DNA from: Octopus vulgaris
Taxonomy: Eukaryota
Length of the DNA: 64,000 bases
NCBI GenBank assembly: GCA_951406725.2
Contig: OX597819.1
Span: 17,422,001 to 17,486,000, forward strand
Direction of reading: 5' to 3'
Within the stretch, counting starts at the first letter, position 1. Each line of letters begins with the position of its first letter. The notes beneath the pieces are model-generated. The model saw only the letters and a program-made list of their open reading frames with translations, had not been told where the DNA came from and ran no database searches. A program made the translations under genes and the position numbers. Shown here piece by piece: positions 43,720 through 56,297 of the stretch.

Positions 43720-43880
43720 ACATATTGTCTTCTCTCTCCGTTTTTTCCCTTTCTATTCTTGCTGTCGAAGAGCGTAGACTCGAAATGTCAGACATTTCTA
43801 TTATTCCCGAGCTTTAAACTAACATACCTGCTTATTGTTCGCTCACCTGTCTTCGTCTTTTGTTTACTGTAAATTTGAAA
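43720..43880 (+). mobile_element. PLE-like terminus of the CTGTNGAA hammerhead-like family
   Basis: CTGTCGAA-GAGC-GTAG-ACTC-GAAATGTC at 43762-43789; downstream TCTTCGTCTTTTGTTT...GTAAA matches the other copies. Confidence 0.65.
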
Positions 43881-43961
43881 TATCTAACTATTCATCTCTC
43901 CCTCTCTCTATCTCACGTTCTCTCTCTCCTTCGCTCACTCTCTCCCTGTATATATATATAT

Positions 43962-44177
43962 AATAGATAAAAATGGTAAGACAACAAAAGAATGAAAGAG
44001 ACCTCGATATTATGTAAATAGAGTAATTTATCTGTAAATGTAAAATGTGACAATTATTCGGTAGCCATGATAAAATTCCGAGTTTCGGATGCTGAGGTGG
44101 AAATCCACGCAGCCATCTCTTCAGTTATCCGGCCATCGGAAAAATACATGTATTTTTCCGATGGCCGGTTAACTGAA
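43962..44177 (-). mobile_element. PLE-like terminus with decayed hammerhead and a 58-bp palindrome at its 5' side
   Basis: Minus: GATAA-CTGAAGA (44118-44124)-GATG...CATCC-GAAAC-TCGGA-ATT-TTATC; palindrome 44120-44177 centred on ACATGT; 3' end at (TA)n. Confidence 0.7.
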
Positions 44178-44363
44178 TTATCTTATTTGTATTGAATTAT
44201 AATGTATATATGTATGCTATTAAGGTTCTCATTTTTGTTAAATGAATAAATAATTCAACATTCTAATATCCGAAAGCTGATGAACCAAATAAATTGTTTC
44301 TCCGTTATATATTATAAATATATATATATATATATACTTGGTAGAGGATTCGTGGAGTTCAAT

Positions 44364-44434
<71 letters not shown>

Positions 44435-44587
44435 GATAATAATGATAATAATGATAATAATAATGATAATAATAATAATAATTATAATAATAATAATAAT
44501 AATAATAATATATATATATATATGCATATATACATACGTAGATATAGATACTTACATCTATACGTCTATATATATATATATATATAT

Positions 44588-45000
44588 GCATATGTGGGCA
44601 CAGGACGTCACGAAACATGTGCAACAAAAAAGTACGACGCACGAGTAAATGGAACATGAACTATTCTTTCGAACAACGAAAGACACAAATGGATAACAAA
44701 ACAAACAACATAAAGAACAGCCCTTCATCAGTTGTTGGCTGTTTTTCTAGTCTCGTATTTCGAGCATTTAACAACAATATACGCTTTCGATAAAACAGTT
44801 ACACCCGTAAAGCAAATTAAATAAAATTCGGGATTTTGCGGAGGGTCAAAATAGGTAAAACAATCAGGGAGGGCTGCTCAGCCTAAACGAGGTTGTGGTG
44901 GCGAACGCTTAAATCAAGCTTGGACAGGAGACAGACAATAATATGTCTTCCTCGTTCCAGCTACAACGGAGAGAAAGAAATATGGCCGAGGGTCACGTGG
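44588..45000 (-). repeat. Interspersed repeat next to (TA)n, homologous to ~49260-49690
   Basis: Shared collinear blocks (GCATATRTGGGYACA..., CCCYTCATCA.TTGTYGGCTGT, ATTTCGAGCATT, GGAGGGTCAA, GGTCACGTG). Confidence 0.65.
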
Positions 45001-45121
45001 GAGTATACATATATATATATATATGCTCATACACACCCACGCACATACACACACATGCACACTCAGACACGCACACACACAAAGTCACGCACACACACAC
45101 ACACAGAGGCACACACATATA

Positions 45122-45340
45122 TAAGGGGGTGCTGAAAAGTTCCTGGTTTTAAGGGTATCGCAAAAAACCTGCTTGGAGGTCAAACCTTGCTAGTTCTTTT
45201 TTGCTGAGCTTATAAAGACTGAAGCACCGCTGCAAAAACTGTGTGAATCTGAGAGGGGAATATATTGAATAAAATCGTAATTAATTAATATTCCTGTATT
45301 TTCTCATACCCAAAGCCAGGAACATTTCACCCCACCTCGT
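45122..45340. mobile_element. Mariner-type MITE
   Basis: TIRs AGGGGGTGCTGAAAAGTTCCTGGTTTT / AAAGCCAGGAACATTTCACCCCACCT. Confidence 0.75.
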
Positions 45341-45729
45341 TTGTGTGTGTGCATACAGCCACACATGCATACAAACAGCTGAATACATGAAATATTCGAT
45401 TCCTAAACAGAAGGTACTCCGTTCAATACGACTGAACGGTAACTTTGGCAAGTTTTCGAATACAGCCGAGCACTAAAGAAAATACTGTGAACAGAATTTG
45501 GTAGATCGAAACTTCGCGGAAATTCATGAAGCACACACACACACACGCTCACGTACACTCGCACACAATCGCACACACATACATGCAAACATATAAACAC
45601 TTGCTCACACATGAACACACGTGCGTACGCACGCGCGGAGACACACAGTTTCAGATATGTATCGTATAACCTGCTTCATGTATAATAATAATGATAATAA
45701 TAATGATAATAATAATAATAATAATAATA

Positions 45730-45761
<32 letters not shown>

Positions 45762-45777
45762 TAATGATAATAATAAT

Positions 45778-45851
<74 letters not shown>

Positions 45852-46013
45852 TAAAAGCATGAAATGTTATATACCTCTTGAAATAGATGCCAAGTTACAT
45901 GCACCTATGTATATGTATGTATGTACGTACGTAGTACCTATGTATGTATGTTTGCTTTATATATGTTTATATGTATGTGTGTATTTATATATGTATGATT
46001 GTATACATATATG

Positions 46014-46051
<38 letters not shown>

Positions 46052-46054
<3 letters not shown>

Positions 46055-46475
46055 TCTTTACTCTTTTACTCTTTTAATTGTTTCAGTCATTTTGACTGCG
46101 GCCATGCTGGGGCACCGCCTTTAGTCGAGCAAATCGACCCCGGGACTTATTCTTTGTAAGCCCAGTGCTTATTCTATCGGTCTCTTTTGCAGAATCGCTA
46201 AGTGACGGGGACGTAAATACACCAGCATCGGTTGTCAAGCAATGCTAGGGGGACAAACACAGACACACAAACACACACACACACATATACACATATATAT
46301 ACATATATATACGACAGGCTTCTTTCAGTTTCCGTCTACCAAATCCACTCACAAGGCATTGGTCGGCCCGGGGCTATAGCAGAAGACACTTGTCCACGAT
46401 GCCACGCAGTGGGACTGAACCCGGAACCATGTGGTTGGTTAGCAAGCTACTTACCACATAGCCACTCCTGCGCCT
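46052..46475 (-). mobile_element. SINE family A, full length
   Basis: Reverse complement of 9256-9675. Confidence 0.9.
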
Positions 46476-46510
46476 ATATATATATGTATATATATATATA
46501 TATGTATATA

Positions 46511-46569
<59 letters not shown>

Positions 46570-46683
46570 GCACATATGTATATAAGCGTATACCTATTTC
46601 TATATGTATATATAGAGATATAAAAGAAGAGAAGGAAAAAGAGTGAATATGTCAACTGTTTGTCTGCACACACACTCCGATAC

Positions 46684-46735
<52 letters not shown>

Positions 46736-47836
46736 TACATACTTCTCATAGCCTTGTGAGCGGATTTGGTAGTCGGAAAATTGTACTGATTTGTATACCC
46801 ATAAATTTTTACGCAAAAGTTTGTGTTCAGACATGCCATGACATTGTATAATGGTTATAATAATGACTCTTCGTAAACAACTCTGAAATATACACTTCCA
46901 TCGAATTAGCCAGTGGCTGAGCATTCAGCAGAGCTCTGGTATTCCATAATTTAGTGTGTGTGTGTGTGTGACACACTGTGCACTTTATGACTTTCACATA
47001 AATTGCACCCAACCATCTTCGATTCATCTGCCATTTACCGCATCTGACTTAAAAAGGAATAACTGAAACCGAGGCCTTTGGAAAATAACATCTAATTACA
47101 TATATATGTCGTCCCATCGCCGTTCCGCAACATTTGAGATGAGATTTTACCACTGTTTTCTTTCTTACACTCCTATATTTTGCTTCCTTTTGGGGTCAAT
47201 TAGCTCTTGTGAATCTAATCTTATTTTCCATACGCCTCACATATGTTTCAGTTGCTTGGCGACATATACCCGTCCCTTCGTTGCGAGTTCAAATTGTGCC
47301 GAAGGCGACTTTGCTTTTCGTCCTTTTGGGGGTCGATGAATTAAGTACCAGTTAAGAAATTGGGTCGATCTGATCGACCTACCCCAACCTCCGAAGTTGC
47401 TGGCCTTGTGCTAAAGTTTGATACGAATATTGGAATTCAGCATCATCGTTTCTTTTCCTTTCCGCTTTCTTCACATCTTCTGAACTTCATATTCGTCTTC
47501 CATTTCCACCCAACATCATTCTCTCCTGGATTTCGGAGAGAGAATCACTTCCTTGCTTGTAGACTGACGAGATCTTCCAGAGAGAAAATCAGAAACGATG
47601 AGAACGAATAACAAGTTTGCTACTTTGTAGCTTTATAAACAAATGAAATTCGGTGAATTTATTTTTGATTTTTTACAGAATGTGTGTCTAAATATGTGTA
47701 TATATATGTGTATGTATGGGTATCTGTGAGAATGTATGTCTCGATGTACATGCATGTGTGTGTATGTGTTGCTGATTCGTGTGTGTGTGTGTGTGGTTGC
47801 ATTTACTACGAATGAAATATCCTTAGGTATAAGTGA

Positions 47837-47876
<40 letters not shown>

Positions 47877-48192
47877 TGCGTATGCGTTTGTGTGTGTGTC
47901 AACTTCTGGATATTCTTTCTTGTCATCAGAAATGACAACATTGCTTTGTTATGTGTTTGGGATATAAATATAAACAGCCGTTCTACTTTTAAGGGGCCAA
48001 ATTGACTAACAGTGGTTTCTACCGCAAGGATTAATGCCTCAGATTACATACAGTCAAATATGTTATCGTAGCAGTGTGTCGTTTGACAAGGAACACACAC
48101 AGAGACAAGCGTTATTTGAAATTTAGCATTACTTATCTATCTATCTATCTATCTATCTATCTCGCTCATTCTTTCTTCCTCTCTGTTTCTCT

Positions 48193-48261
<69 letters not shown>

Positions 48262-48340
48262 CTAGGAGACATACCCGGTGCTCCTCGGGATTTAAGTGGC
48301 ATTGTTTATATACATGGTACAGTTAAGTTGAAGCATGTGA
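48262..48340 (-). mobile_element. Helitron 3' end remnant
   Basis: Minus: CCCGAGGAGCACCGGG hairpin followed by ...CTAG|T, similar to 59133-59160. Confidence 0.55.
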
Positions 48341-48364
48341 TATATGTATGTTCCCAAACTGGGA

Positions 48365-48430
<66 letters not shown>

Positions 48431-48433
<3 letters not shown>

Positions 48434-49250
48434 AGTTAGTTAGTTAGTTAATTTGGCTCAAAAGCAAATAGCAAGGCCATGTAGGGGGACATGGAGTTAA
48501 GTACAGGGTGGTGTTCATGTAAAGAGTTCAGGCCACTTGAGGTCCAGGGAGGCTTTGAACAAAGCGGTCGTCGGCATCTTCACCATCTCATCTGGCAGCT
48601 TGTTCCACGGATCCGCAACCCGGACGGAGAAAGCTCCTCTCCTTCGATTGAGATGAAATCGTCGCAGGTAGAGCTTTTCGGAATGACCCCGCAGCCGACG
48701 CTCCGGAGCAGGAGTGAAGAACAGCTCTTTCGAGAGGTTACACTTCCCGCTTATGATGTTGTGGGCGAGAATGAGATCACCACGGCGGCGGCGTTTTTCA
48801 AGAGAATAAAGGTCGAGCGTCCTCAGCCTTTCTTCGTAGGACAAATTTTTGAGACCATGAACCAGGCGGGTAGCCAGCCTCTGGACTCTTTCGAGGTGCT
48901 GTATGTCTTTGAGGAGATAAGGAGAAGAGGCTTGAATCCCATACTCCAATATGGGTCTCACCAGCGTGACATAGAGTGGCAGGAATATGGCTGCTGTGAG
49001 CACTCCGAATGACCGTCGAATCAAAAACAGAATTCCGCGCGCTTTGTTGGCAGCATGGACGCACTGGGCCGAAGGCGAAAAGGAGGAATCCACCAAGATA
49101 CCCAGGTCCTTTACCTGATCGGTCCTCTCCAGCAGCAGACGACCCGGCTCGAAATCAAGTTGAGTTGCAGGAGTAGAGCCGACAGGCAGATGACAGCACT
49201 TTGACACGTTCAGACACAGGTCCCAATCGTTAGACCACTTCCAAATTTGG
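48431..49250 (-). mobile_element. 5'-truncated CR1-like LINE (ORF2 RT C-terminus, 3' UTR, (TAAC)n tail)
   Basis: Open frame WSNDWDLCLNVSKC...KDLGILVD...LYVTLVRPILEY...LERVQRLATR...SYEERL...RRRGDLI...WNKLP; stop at 48515; (TAAC)5 tail; TA repeats on both sides. Confidence 0.92.
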
Positions 49251-50459
49251 TATATATATATGCATATATGGGTACAAGGCGTCAACAACATGAAGTACGA
49301 AAACAAACGAATTAAATACACACGCAAACAACGAGAGATAAATGGAAAACACGACAAGTAATACGGAGAACGACCCCTCATCATTTGTCGGCTGTCTCTC
49401 TACTCCCCATTTCGAGCATTCAACGACGACATGAGACTTCGAGGATAGTTGCTCCCATAAATTTCAAAATAAAAGTTTGGATTTATGGAGGGTCAACATT
49501 GAGAACAAAAACAGGACAGTGGAGGCATACAAGGAAACCGAACAAGAACACACATGGAGGGTTGTTAGACAAGACCGAAACGAAAATAATGTACGCTTTG
49601 AAAAGAGAGAAGATAGAAGATGTCTTGCAGGGAAAGAAGAAAGATGGTCAGGTGAGGAAAAGAAAGATAAACGATGGTCACGTGTGAGCAACGAGAGAAA
49701 GAGATAGAAAAAGAGTAAGCGGGAGAGAGAGAAACAGATAGAAAACGGTAAAAGAGAGGAAAAAGGGAATTAGAGAAGGATGGGGGAGAAAACAGTGTAG
49801 TGTGAGATCAAAAATGTTCAGATAAACTTACTTGGAAATGGATGCGTGGCGTTCAATTAAATAATAATATGAATGATATATATAAATATATATATATAAA
49901 TATATATATATATACATATGTCGGTAAACAGTGTTTAGGCATAAGCGAACTTTAAGGATGCTGAAATATATCAACTTCTAAAGGCAACTTCACTGCAGTT
50001 ACCGTACACAAATAAGTTCTCTCCTATGTTAAAGGTGTAAAATCATCGTATTTGTCCAGTTCTGCCCCATTTTATATGAATTTGTGACCTTTTCCTTTCG
50101 TTTTCTTCATATTCTCAAACATTTCGTATCTTCAAAACTTTCCTCGATAAAAATGTTTACGCATGGATGCGCCATAGTATCGATTGGCTGTAGACAAAGT
50201 AAAGTGCCCCTTCTACGCTACATCCCCCTTCTTCCCCCTCCTTCTCATTTTGTTTATTCTTAGACAATTCCCCAATCACAAATATTTGACCTCTTCCTTC
50301 ACTCTTCTTACTTACTCAACATCTTATATCTTCAAACATTATTTTCTTCCATTGGGTTTTTTTTATTTGGTTTTTGCTACTCTGTTCCTCCGGCTTTGCC
50401 ATTTATTTCGAATTATATCTTCTGTGAGTTAATTTAGGATTCCTGAACGACAATGTAAC

Positions 50460-50668
<209 letters not shown>

Positions 50669-50865
50669 CATATATATTGAGAAAAAGGTGACCAGAATTT
50701 TGGAAAAAGTCTTTTTATTTATTCATTATTATTAGCGCTTTATAATGGGAATGTACAAACAGTTCATTTATATAAAACAGATAGTTGGGGGGGGTTGTTT
50801 AGAGAAGGAAAACATTGTTTTTGTTTTTTGGGATGAGATTCCATGACAATGGATATGTATGTATG

Positions 50866-50933
<68 letters not shown>

Positions 50934-50944
50934 TTATATAGAAG

Positions 50945-50997
50945 GAGCTTCTACAGGACTAGAACTGTTTCATTCAAGAGAAATCTTCAGGAAGCTC
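50945..50997 (-). ncRNA. Compact type I hammerhead ribozyme
   Basis: Minus: GAGCTTC-CTGAAGA-TTTC-TCTT-GAAT-GAA-ACAG-TTCTAGTC-CTGT-A-GAAGCTC; 7-bp stem I, 4-bp stem III, GUA triplet; overlaps a palindrome at 50960-51031. Confidence 0.82.
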
Positions 50998-51137
50998 TTC
51001 CTGAAGATTTCTCTTGAATGAAACAGTTCTATGGGAATGTACAAACAGTTCATTTATATAAAACTGATAGTTTGGGGGGGTTTTGTTTAGAGTAGGAAAA
51101 CAATGTACTGTGGTTAACCCCGAATCAACCCGGGACC

Positions 51138-51206
<69 letters not shown>

Positions 51207-51373
51207 ATAGTTATCGCCAAACTAATATGGCAGTCCATAAATATAAGACTAAAGCTGTCGCTGATTAGCTCCAAGAGGCTATCGCCTCTAGCTAGCTATA
51301 TGACACACGAACCTGCGTCCATTATAACCTTCGAACAGGGAAGGTCAGCCGCTTCACCTTGCTGGTCAGACAT

Positions 51374-51414
51374 CTGGAGACATGTTTCAGGGTTGTTGCC
51401 CTTTATCAATGCAG
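51374..51414 (-). ncRNA. Type I hammerhead, U3-A8 core variant
   Basis: Minus: CTGCA-TTGATAA-AGGG-CAACAA-CCCT-GAAAC-AT-GTC-TCCAG. Confidence 0.75.
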
Positions 51415-51615
51415 CATAGTCAGACCCAGCAGGTGTCGCTAGCGACCGTCTGTTTCAGTGGAATACACCCACTTGTTTTCAATAATAGAAATATTAAAAT
51501 TACTAAGTCTCTCTAAAGGAGATTACGGCAGCGTTACTGGATATTAATAATTATCACCAAACTAATATGGCAGTCCATAAATATAAGACTAAAGCTGTCG
51601 CTGGGTCTGATTACG

Positions 51616-51656
51616 CTGCATTGATAGAGGGCAACAACCCTGAAACATGTCTGCAG
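51616..51656 (+). ncRNA. Type I hammerhead, U3-A8 core variant (A9G in this copy)
   Basis: CTGCA-TTGATAG-AGGG-CAACAA-CCCT-GAAAC-AT-GTC-TGCAG; perfect 5-bp stem I. Confidence 0.72.
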
Positions 51657-52164
51657 ATGTCTGACCAGCAAGGTGAAGCGGCTGACCTCCCGTGTTCGAA
51701 GGTTGTAATGGACGCAGGTTCGTGTGTCATATAGCTAGCTAGAGGCGATGGCCTCTTGGAGCTAATCAGCGACAGCTTTAGTCTTATATTTATGGACTGC
51801 CATATTAGTTTGGCGATAACTATTAATATCCAGTAACGCTGCCGTAATCTCCTTTATATATAGTAATTTTAATATTTCTATTATATATATATATATATAT
51901 ATATATTCACAACGCAGAAATGCTGACAATGACATTTAAGTTTCGGTCCAGTTGAAAAGCAAGGGCAACTGATTTGAGAATATGAAGTTACTGTCAACCA
52001 TTTCTTTCAGCAACATGATCCTACTTGAATGAGTCAAGCAGTTCTTTATTCATTCAATTAATATATTTTCCCAGATACACACACTCATACGCACATACAT
52101 AGATATATTTGCCTAATATATATATGTACATATACATATATATATTTATATATACATACATATA

Positions 52165-52466
52165 TCACGTGATCACGTGACCGACCAGACCATCAGATGT
52201 TGCTACACATCGCTGGTCACAATGCGTTCGCATTGTTTTAGCCTTCGAATGACGCCACCCCGCTGGCTAAGCGAGCAGGCCAACAGAAGAAAGAGTGAGA
52301 GAAAGAGTGGTGAAAGAGTACAGCAGGGATCACCACCCCCTGCCGGAGCCTCGTTGAGCTTTTAGGTGTTTTCGTTCAATAAACACACACAACGCCCGGT
52401 CTGGGAATCGAAACCGCGATCCTACGACCGCGAGTCCGCTGCCCTAACCACTAGGCCATTGCGCCT

Positions 52467-52468
<2 letters not shown>
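52165..52468 (-). mobile_element. SINE family C, full length
   Basis: Matches 18250-18553. Confidence 0.9.
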
Positions 52469-52526
<58 letters not shown>

Positions 52527-52870
52527 GCACATACATATAACCATGTATTTATAAAAATGCATATATTTATGTCTGTGCAAAACGCTACATACATATACAC
52601 AGAAGCTTATACACGCATGCATAATTGCTTTTGTATATATATATATATACATAAATATATACATGTGTGTTTGAGTTTATGTATGTGTGTATGTGTGTGT
52701 GTGTGTGTAAGTGTGCGTAAATGCAACTATTTTTAACCTTGTACTCACAAATCAATCAAGCAGTGAACCAATCAATCAACGAAGAAATCAATTTTCTCTT
52801 CATCTCACTGTATCTCTTGCTTGATCTCTCTCTCTCTGTCTCTCTCTCTCTCTTTCTTTCTACCCTTCTG

Positions 52871-52925
<55 letters not shown>

Positions 52926-52938
52926 GTCTTTCTTTCTC

Positions 52939-52977
<39 letters not shown>

Positions 52978-53654
52978 CAATCTACCCCTCTTTTTCTCTC
53001 CCTCCCTCCCTACATTCATTCTGTAAATCACGCTGAAAAAAAACCTCAAAAGAAGAAAAAGAAAAAGAAATGCAGCTAAAAAAAAGCAACGTAAAAAAAA
53101 AAAAAGAAGAGTTAAAAACCCAGGGAAGTGAAATGCCTGCCGGGAAGAGTTCCACTTAGTTTAGTGTATCACCACGATGATAGCAATCTCGGAATGTATT
53201 GAGGAGCGACATTTTTGTATATTTCGGGGGAGTGATTGAGGTCACGATGACATATATAATATATTGGAAGTGAGATTTTCATCAGCATCGTTTGCTAATT
53301 GCTGTTATGTGGCTGATACAGGAACATATTGACAAGATGCTTGGAGATGGCTTCGTGTTGACTTGGCAAGCGGCGCTATGTGATATGAGTGAACAAGGAG
53401 AGAGGGAGAGCCTCTGCGTACAATCTTGACCTACTAGAAAGGGCTGTTAAATCATCCCAGAAACGCAACCCCCCGAAAAGAGCGCTAAATTGGATAATAT
53501 TTTCGGCTAGGATTCACCTGTATGCACCGGGCGGTTGGTGGGGGCGGAGAATGATGACGGTTCCAATTTCTTTACTTTTAGGGGTCTTTTAGGGTTCAGG
53601 ACTCACATTAGGATCAACAACTGCGACCACGACCACAACAACAGCAGCAACAGC

Positions 53655-53712
53655 AAGAAGAAGAAGAAGAAGAAGAAGAAGAAGAAGAAGAAGAAGAAGA
53701 AGAAGAAGAAGA

Positions 53713-53762
<50 letters not shown>

Positions 53763-53781
53763 CACCACCACCACCACCACC

Positions 53782-53840
<59 letters not shown>
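53655..53840. repeat. Chained trinucleotide blocks (AAG)n-(TAC)n-(CAC)n-(TAC)n
   Basis: Directly visible. Confidence 0.95.
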
Positions 53841-54124
53841 GTGACCCAAAATCCAAGTTAAAATAGAGCTTCCTGTGTGCTCACTCGATTTACTGAAAAC
53901 AACAGCTAAACCTGCCTCAAATATTAGCAGGCTATCTTAAGAAAGAACGGAGCCGATGTCTGATCACGTGGCCTAGATATACTACGTCTGAAAACATAAA
54001 AAAAGAGAAAAAGATGAAATGATCACAGGCGAACCTCCTTTAATTTTATATCTCTCCGACCGAAGAGCAACAGCAACAACTTGAGCGAAATCTGTTTCGC
54101 TTTGCTGTGGAACGTTTTTAGTTG

Positions 54125-54399
54125 TGGCCATGGATGGATTCAAGAATTGTGACGACAACTACAACAACAGCAAAATAGATTTAAACAGGATCTGGCTAAA
54201 GCTTAATTATATATTACACCATTAAGTATGACAAAAAAGACATTTTATGTCTGGAAATATTGGCCATGGATGGATTCAAGAATTGTGACGACAACTACAA
54301 CAACAGCAAAATAGATTTAAACAGGATCTGGTTAAAGCTTAATTATATATTACACCATAAAGTATGACAAAAAAGACATTTGTCTGGAAATATTGGCCA
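54125..54399. repeat. 136-bp tandem duplication
   Basis: TGGCCATGGATGGATTCAAG at 54125 and 54261; units bounded by TGGCCA. Confidence 0.92.
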
Positions 54400-54777
54400 G
54401 TAGTTAAAAGATATGTTCTTTATTTCTTTATGAGATTTTAGTGTGTGATTTAACAAAGACTTAGATTCTATTTTCAACACGTCGATCAACCTCGTAGGGT
54501 TTCTCTCTTTCTCCTACAGCAAAGTCTGCTTATATAACAAGAGCAAATAGCTCCAGTTATAGGAATGACAGCAACCGTTTGGTGGGATTGATCAGACGAT
54601 AACACTACCAACAGTGTTCATCAAACCATCGTTTTGGAGGAATAATATAACATCTTAATGTGAAAAATATGTGGACTAAAATTTATGCTGCCGCAGCGGA
54701 GGTATTTTATATGATTTGGCCTTAGGTACTTCTTTCATTGGAAGTAAAAATACCAGCAACCTCATTACGGAGTGATA

Positions 54778-55006
54778 TACTCTTTTACTCTTTTACTCTT
54801 TTACTTGTTTCAGTCATTTGACTGCGGTCATGCTGGAGCACCGCCTTTAATCGAGCAACTCGACCCCGGGACTTATTCTTTCGTAAGCCCAGTATTTATT
54901 ATATCGGTCTCTTTTGCCGAACCGCTAAGTAACGGGGACACAAACACACCAGCATCGGTTGTCAAGCAATGCTAGAGGGACAAACACAGACACACAAACA
55001 CACACA

Positions 55007-55056
<50 letters not shown>

Positions 55057-55218
55057 ACGGGCTTCTTTCAGTTTCCGTCTACCAAATCCACTCACAAAGC
55101 TTTGGTCGGCCTGAGGCTATAGCAGAAGACACTCGCCCATGGTGCCACGCAGTGGGACTGAACCCGGAACCATGTGGTTGGTAAACAAGCTACTTACCTC
55201 ACAGCCACTCCTACGCCT
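54778..55218 (-). mobile_element. SINE family A, full length
   Basis: Reverse complement of family A. Confidence 0.9.
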
Positions 55219-55923
55219 ATATGAATGCTTTTGAGAATTATTTAGGTACTAGAATTCTAGAATCTTATTTTTAATCTTGAAACTTACCTTTGCGTTTCAG
55301 AATTTCTCTTAACATGTTAGAATTTCCCTTCGATTTTTATTATTTTCTTAGAATCTTTCTCAGGTGAGGACCACAATGGAGTGCTGCACCAACATCTAGG
55401 ACTGTGATGCTGCAACGAGCAGGGATCCTAGACCGCATCCATAGACCACCCCTTTCACTTGACTCAGCAACAAAAATAAATTCTCTTAAAAACCTTAGGA
55501 TACATGAAATTTTCAAATTCGGTAAAGGACCTTAAGTGAGGCTGCACTACGAAGTGGTTAGAGTGTTGGCTTCACAATTGTAAGTTAGTGGGTTCGATTC
55601 CTTGACCAAGATACATGTTACTCTTAGAATGGTGCTATATTTCACGTTGCTGCAAACTACTCAGATGAGAATGAGCCCTAGCTGAGTGTTGGCATTGACC
55701 CCGTAATCCTTCTTCACTCTCTCCAGCTGTTACATAATGGATGTTTTACTTGGTTAGGTCTTGTGGAAAAAGCCTGAAACAATCAAAGTACGACATTTAA
55801 AATCTCTGTAGAATTGAAATATTAGAACTAATCTCAGAATATCAGAAGTTATATGAGCGTTAGTCTTAAATATATTAGATTTCTTAATAGAATCTTTTCA
55901 ATGTTAGAGTACCAAATTTAGAG

Positions 55924-56297
55924 TACCAACCACATGGTTCCGGGTTCGGTCCTACTGCGTGGCACCTTGGGCAAGTGTCTTCTACTATAGCCTCGGGCCG
56001 ACCAAAGCCTTGTGAGTGGATTTGGTAGACGGAAACTGAAAGAAGCCCGTCGTATATATGTATATGTATATGTATGTGTGTGTGTGTTTGTGTGTCTGTG
56101 TTTGTACCCCTAGCATTGCTTGACAACCGATGCTGGTGTGTTTATGTCCCCGTAACTTAGCGGTTCGGCAAAACAGACCGAGAGAATAAGTCCTGGGCTT
56201 ACAAAGAATAAGTGCCGAGGTCGAGCTGCTCGATTAAAGGCGATGCTCCAGCATGGCCGCAGTCAAATGACTGAAACAAATAAAAAGAGTAAAAGAG
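55924..56297 (+). mobile_element. SINE family A, 5'-truncated
   Basis: Homology to family A. Confidence 0.9.

Larger units (their letters stand above)
51204..51883. mobile_element. Second retrozyme-like element: 340-nt monomer, ~1.17 copies on minus (51204-51603) joined to ~0.83 copy on plus (51600-51883), inside (TA)n
   Basis: Period 340 (CCAAACTAATATGGCAG at 51217 and 51557); inversion junction with GCTG microhomology; one hammerhead per arm. Confidence 0.83.

Noticed and set aside
48491-49012. 173-aa plus-strand ORF
   Set aside because: It is the antisense shadow of the CR1-like ORF2.
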